A stretch of DNA of 21,000 nt from Takakia lepidozioides (taxonomy: Eukaryota > Plantae > Bryophyta): NCBI GenBank assembly GCA_030704615.1, contig JAKLZA010000120.1, positions 1 through 21,000 on the forward strand. Direction: 5' to 3'. Positions within the stretch are counted from its first letter, which is position 1. Every line of letters begins with the position of its first letter. A program made the position numbers and the translations under genes. This document shows, piece by piece, positions 20,231 through 21,000 of this stretch. The notes beneath the pieces were generated by a model. The model did not search any database, was not told where the DNA came from, and worked only from the letters and a program-made list of their open reading frames with translations.

Positions 20231-21000
20231 TGACCAGTGGTCTGTGTGGGCCTGTGCTGGTCTGTGGTGGCCCGTGTTGACATGTGGACGGCCTATGCTA
20301 ACTCATGGAGGCACTGGTGGACTGCCTGAGGACTAGCATCGGTCTTGAAGGCCAATTTTGAAGCTCGTGGAGGGCGGTTTGAGGAGTATCTTCATGATAT
20401 TTCCATGGTCATGCAAGTGAGGGAAGAGAGGAGAAAAAGAGTGTTGGGATGAGGGCATGCTGGGGTTAGGCATTGCTTTAGCTTCTCTTCCTTGTAGTTT
20501 TTTACCCTCTCATTAGGCCAAGACCTTTCCGTAGGTGGAGGCAAGAGTCAGTCCGGGTTTGGGCTGGGGTGTCCTTGCAGGAGCAACACCGTGGAGATGT
20601 TTTTGTGTGGGGGGAGTTGTCGTTCTGATTTCTTGTGTTTGGATCCCCTCCATACCTGCATGCTTGACTGTGCGCCATGTTAGTTTTGTGTGGGCGCTTG
20701 CTTTTATAGGTGATTGGTCCGGATTTGATCACCGGCCAGTCCTAGAGCATGCTGTCGATGGTGAGGCTGGGGTGATGACCAGTCAGACCATCATTGTTTC
20801 TCCTGTGGTGAGGTTGGAGGTGATGACCAGCCAACCATAGGGAGTGATTGCGGTGGATGCAGGTGCAGGTGTAGGCTATGTTAGGAACCCAGTATTCCAA
20901 ACCATAAGCCGCAACAGGTTCTCTACCCAATTACCTTGTGGAGAGGGGGTTAGGGACATGTTCATAACCGGTTGAGTGACAGTTTGTCAACACAGAGGTG

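Noticed and set aside
19706-20283. ORFs with SQPVTA/HSLSQ repeats
   Set aside because: Translations of the GGCTGTGAC minisatellite.

Overview
Eukaryotic, intron-containing, repeat-rich DNA, probably plant (GT-AG introns, TAGGGTTT telobox/telomere-like motifs); host not identifiable from sequence alone. The main feature is a ~14.6-kb MULE/Mutator-like DNA transposon (258-14831) with imperfect TIRs, CATGAGC subterminal repeats and a degenerate 8-9 bp TSD. It carries (i) a + strand transposase with a GCM-like zinc domain, DDE core and SWIM finger; (ii) a divergent, ~8-9-exon - strand gene that joins a ParB/Srx-like (DGNHR) domain to a bacterial-type beta-class N4C/N6A DNA methyltransferase fold with an unusual DIPD catalytic motif; (iii) a small unknown - strand ORF; and (iv) arrays of a 22-bp palindrome, GGAAATGCGGYRCCGCATTTCC, at fixed 53-bp or 32-bp periods. 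The palindrome half-site resembles the GCM binding site. The element has inserted into a methyltransferase-gene fragment of a related subfamily (74-257 + 14832-14942). A truncated second-subfamily element with the same methyltransferase gene, its own palindrome array and the homologous terminus occupies ~14990-18546. The rest is simple and degenerate repeats. Many 1-2 nt frameshifts may be sequencing errors, so intactness of the genes cannot be decided here.
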